53,968 nt of DNA. Source: Clostridia bacterium. GTDB lineage: Bacteria > Bacillota > Clostridia > Oscillospirales > Acutalibacteraceae. This document shows, piece by piece, positions 53,591 to 53,968 of this stretch. The notes beneath the pieces are model-generated. The model saw only the letters and a program-made list of their open reading frames with translations. It was not told the origin of the DNA and searched no databases. The stretch covers positions 1 through 53,968 of the forward strand of contig JAFSIN010000056.1 in assembly GCA_017439765.1 (NCBI GenBank). The letters run 5' to 3'. The number at the start of each line of letters is the position of its first letter. Positions within the stretch are counted from its first letter, which is position 1. The position numbers and the translations under genes were made by a program.

Positions 53591-53968
53591 TTATTTCTCC
53601 TTAAAATATAAATTTGCCAATTTTTCAAATGCAGGTAAAGAATTTTCGATTTGTTTGGTTGAAACACAATAAGAAATTCTAACAAAACCTTCAATTCCAA
53701 AACTATCACTCGGCACTAACAATAATTCAAACTTTTTAGCCGCCTCGCAAAATTTATTAGCATCACTGTCGGGTGATTTTACAAACAAATAAAATGCTCC
53801 GTCGGGTTTAATAACTTCAAAACCAAAGTTTGTTAATGCGCTATATAAAATATTGCGGTTTTTTTCATAAATTTCTATATTAGCGGTTTTACCTAAACAA
53901 TTTGGTATAATTTTTTGAAAAATGCTGGGGGCGCAAACATAACCAAGAGCACGCCCTGCACCACAAAC
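53591..53968 (-). CDS. Class I/II (aspartate/aromatic) aminotransferase, C-terminal part only (gene runs off the right edge)
   Basis: The frame is open to the window end. ..IKPDGAFYLFVKSP...LLLVPSDSFG.EGFVRISYC.. is the typical aminotransferase C-terminal region. The track start at 53788 is an internal TTG. Confidence 0.8.
   Translation of the reverse strand, partial: VCGAGRALGYVCAPSIFQKIIPNCLGKTANIEIYEKNRNILYSALTNFGFEVIKPDGAFYLFVKSPDSDANKFCEAAKKFELLLVPSDSFGIEGFVRISYCVSTKQIENSLPAFEKLANLYFKEK

Noticed and set aside
1-53968. Scan for CRISPR arrays, rRNA genes, IS elements or transposases, toxin-antitoxin pairs and defence-island content.
   Set aside because: I saw no spaced direct-repeat arrays, no rRNA-like conserved blocks, no transposase-like ORFs and no compact unknown gene clusters. 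Essentially every ORF over 100 aa is accounted for by housekeeping or sporulation functions.

Overview
This is an AT-rich chromosomal core segment of an endospore-forming Firmicute with Clostridia-like gene content. I can support about 60 protein genes, 3 tRNAs and one lysine (L-box) riboswitch. I found no rRNA, CRISPR array, IS element or prophage.

Gene content, left to right:
- DUF378 gene (partial), an alpha/beta-type SASP, tRNA-Gln and tRNA-His, a ylbJ-like gene.
- yqfC-yqfD-phoH-ybeY-era-(yqzL-like)-recO-mutS2, then an SDR/FabG-like gene.
- spoIIM-xerD, a small GerQ-like gene, potABCD.
- ruvCAB, a SAM methyltransferase, ecfA1-ecfA2-ecfT-truA.
- An unknown membrane-anchored protein, cvpA, a ClpE-like AAA+ ATPase, tRNA-Gly, sigH, a zinc-ribbon protein.
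- An OmpR-type response regulator, a histidine kinase and an HtrA protease; spoIIGA-sigE; mgtE.
- L-box followed by aspartokinase and lysA; spoIVA; a second Xer-like tyrosine recombinase.
- xpt with a BMP-type nucleoside ABC importer, a UPF0340 gene, and an aromatic amino-acid operon (aminotransferase-pheA-aroB-aroE/aroK fusion-aroA-tyrA-DAHP synthase).

I do not see an obvious novel multi-gene system. The things worth a second look are non-coding:
1. A structured potABCD leader of about 155 nt with an explicit anti-Shine-Dalgarno pairing and no consensus I recognise.
2. An mgtE leader that has no recognisable M-box. It has a Cys-rich 25-codon uORF overlapping a long terminator hairpin.
3. Five direct copies of GGTT(T/G)ACATAA upstream of spoIIM-xerD. 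Their reverse complement matches the XerD arm of Firmicute dif, and one copy sits in a 28-bp dif-like dyad.
4. A convergence point at about 39.4 kb where gene orientation, and apparently GC skew, change polarity. It lies next to the second Xer-like recombinase and a perfect 18-bp palindrome.

All functional calls come from motif and family recognition by eye. No searches or folding programs were available.
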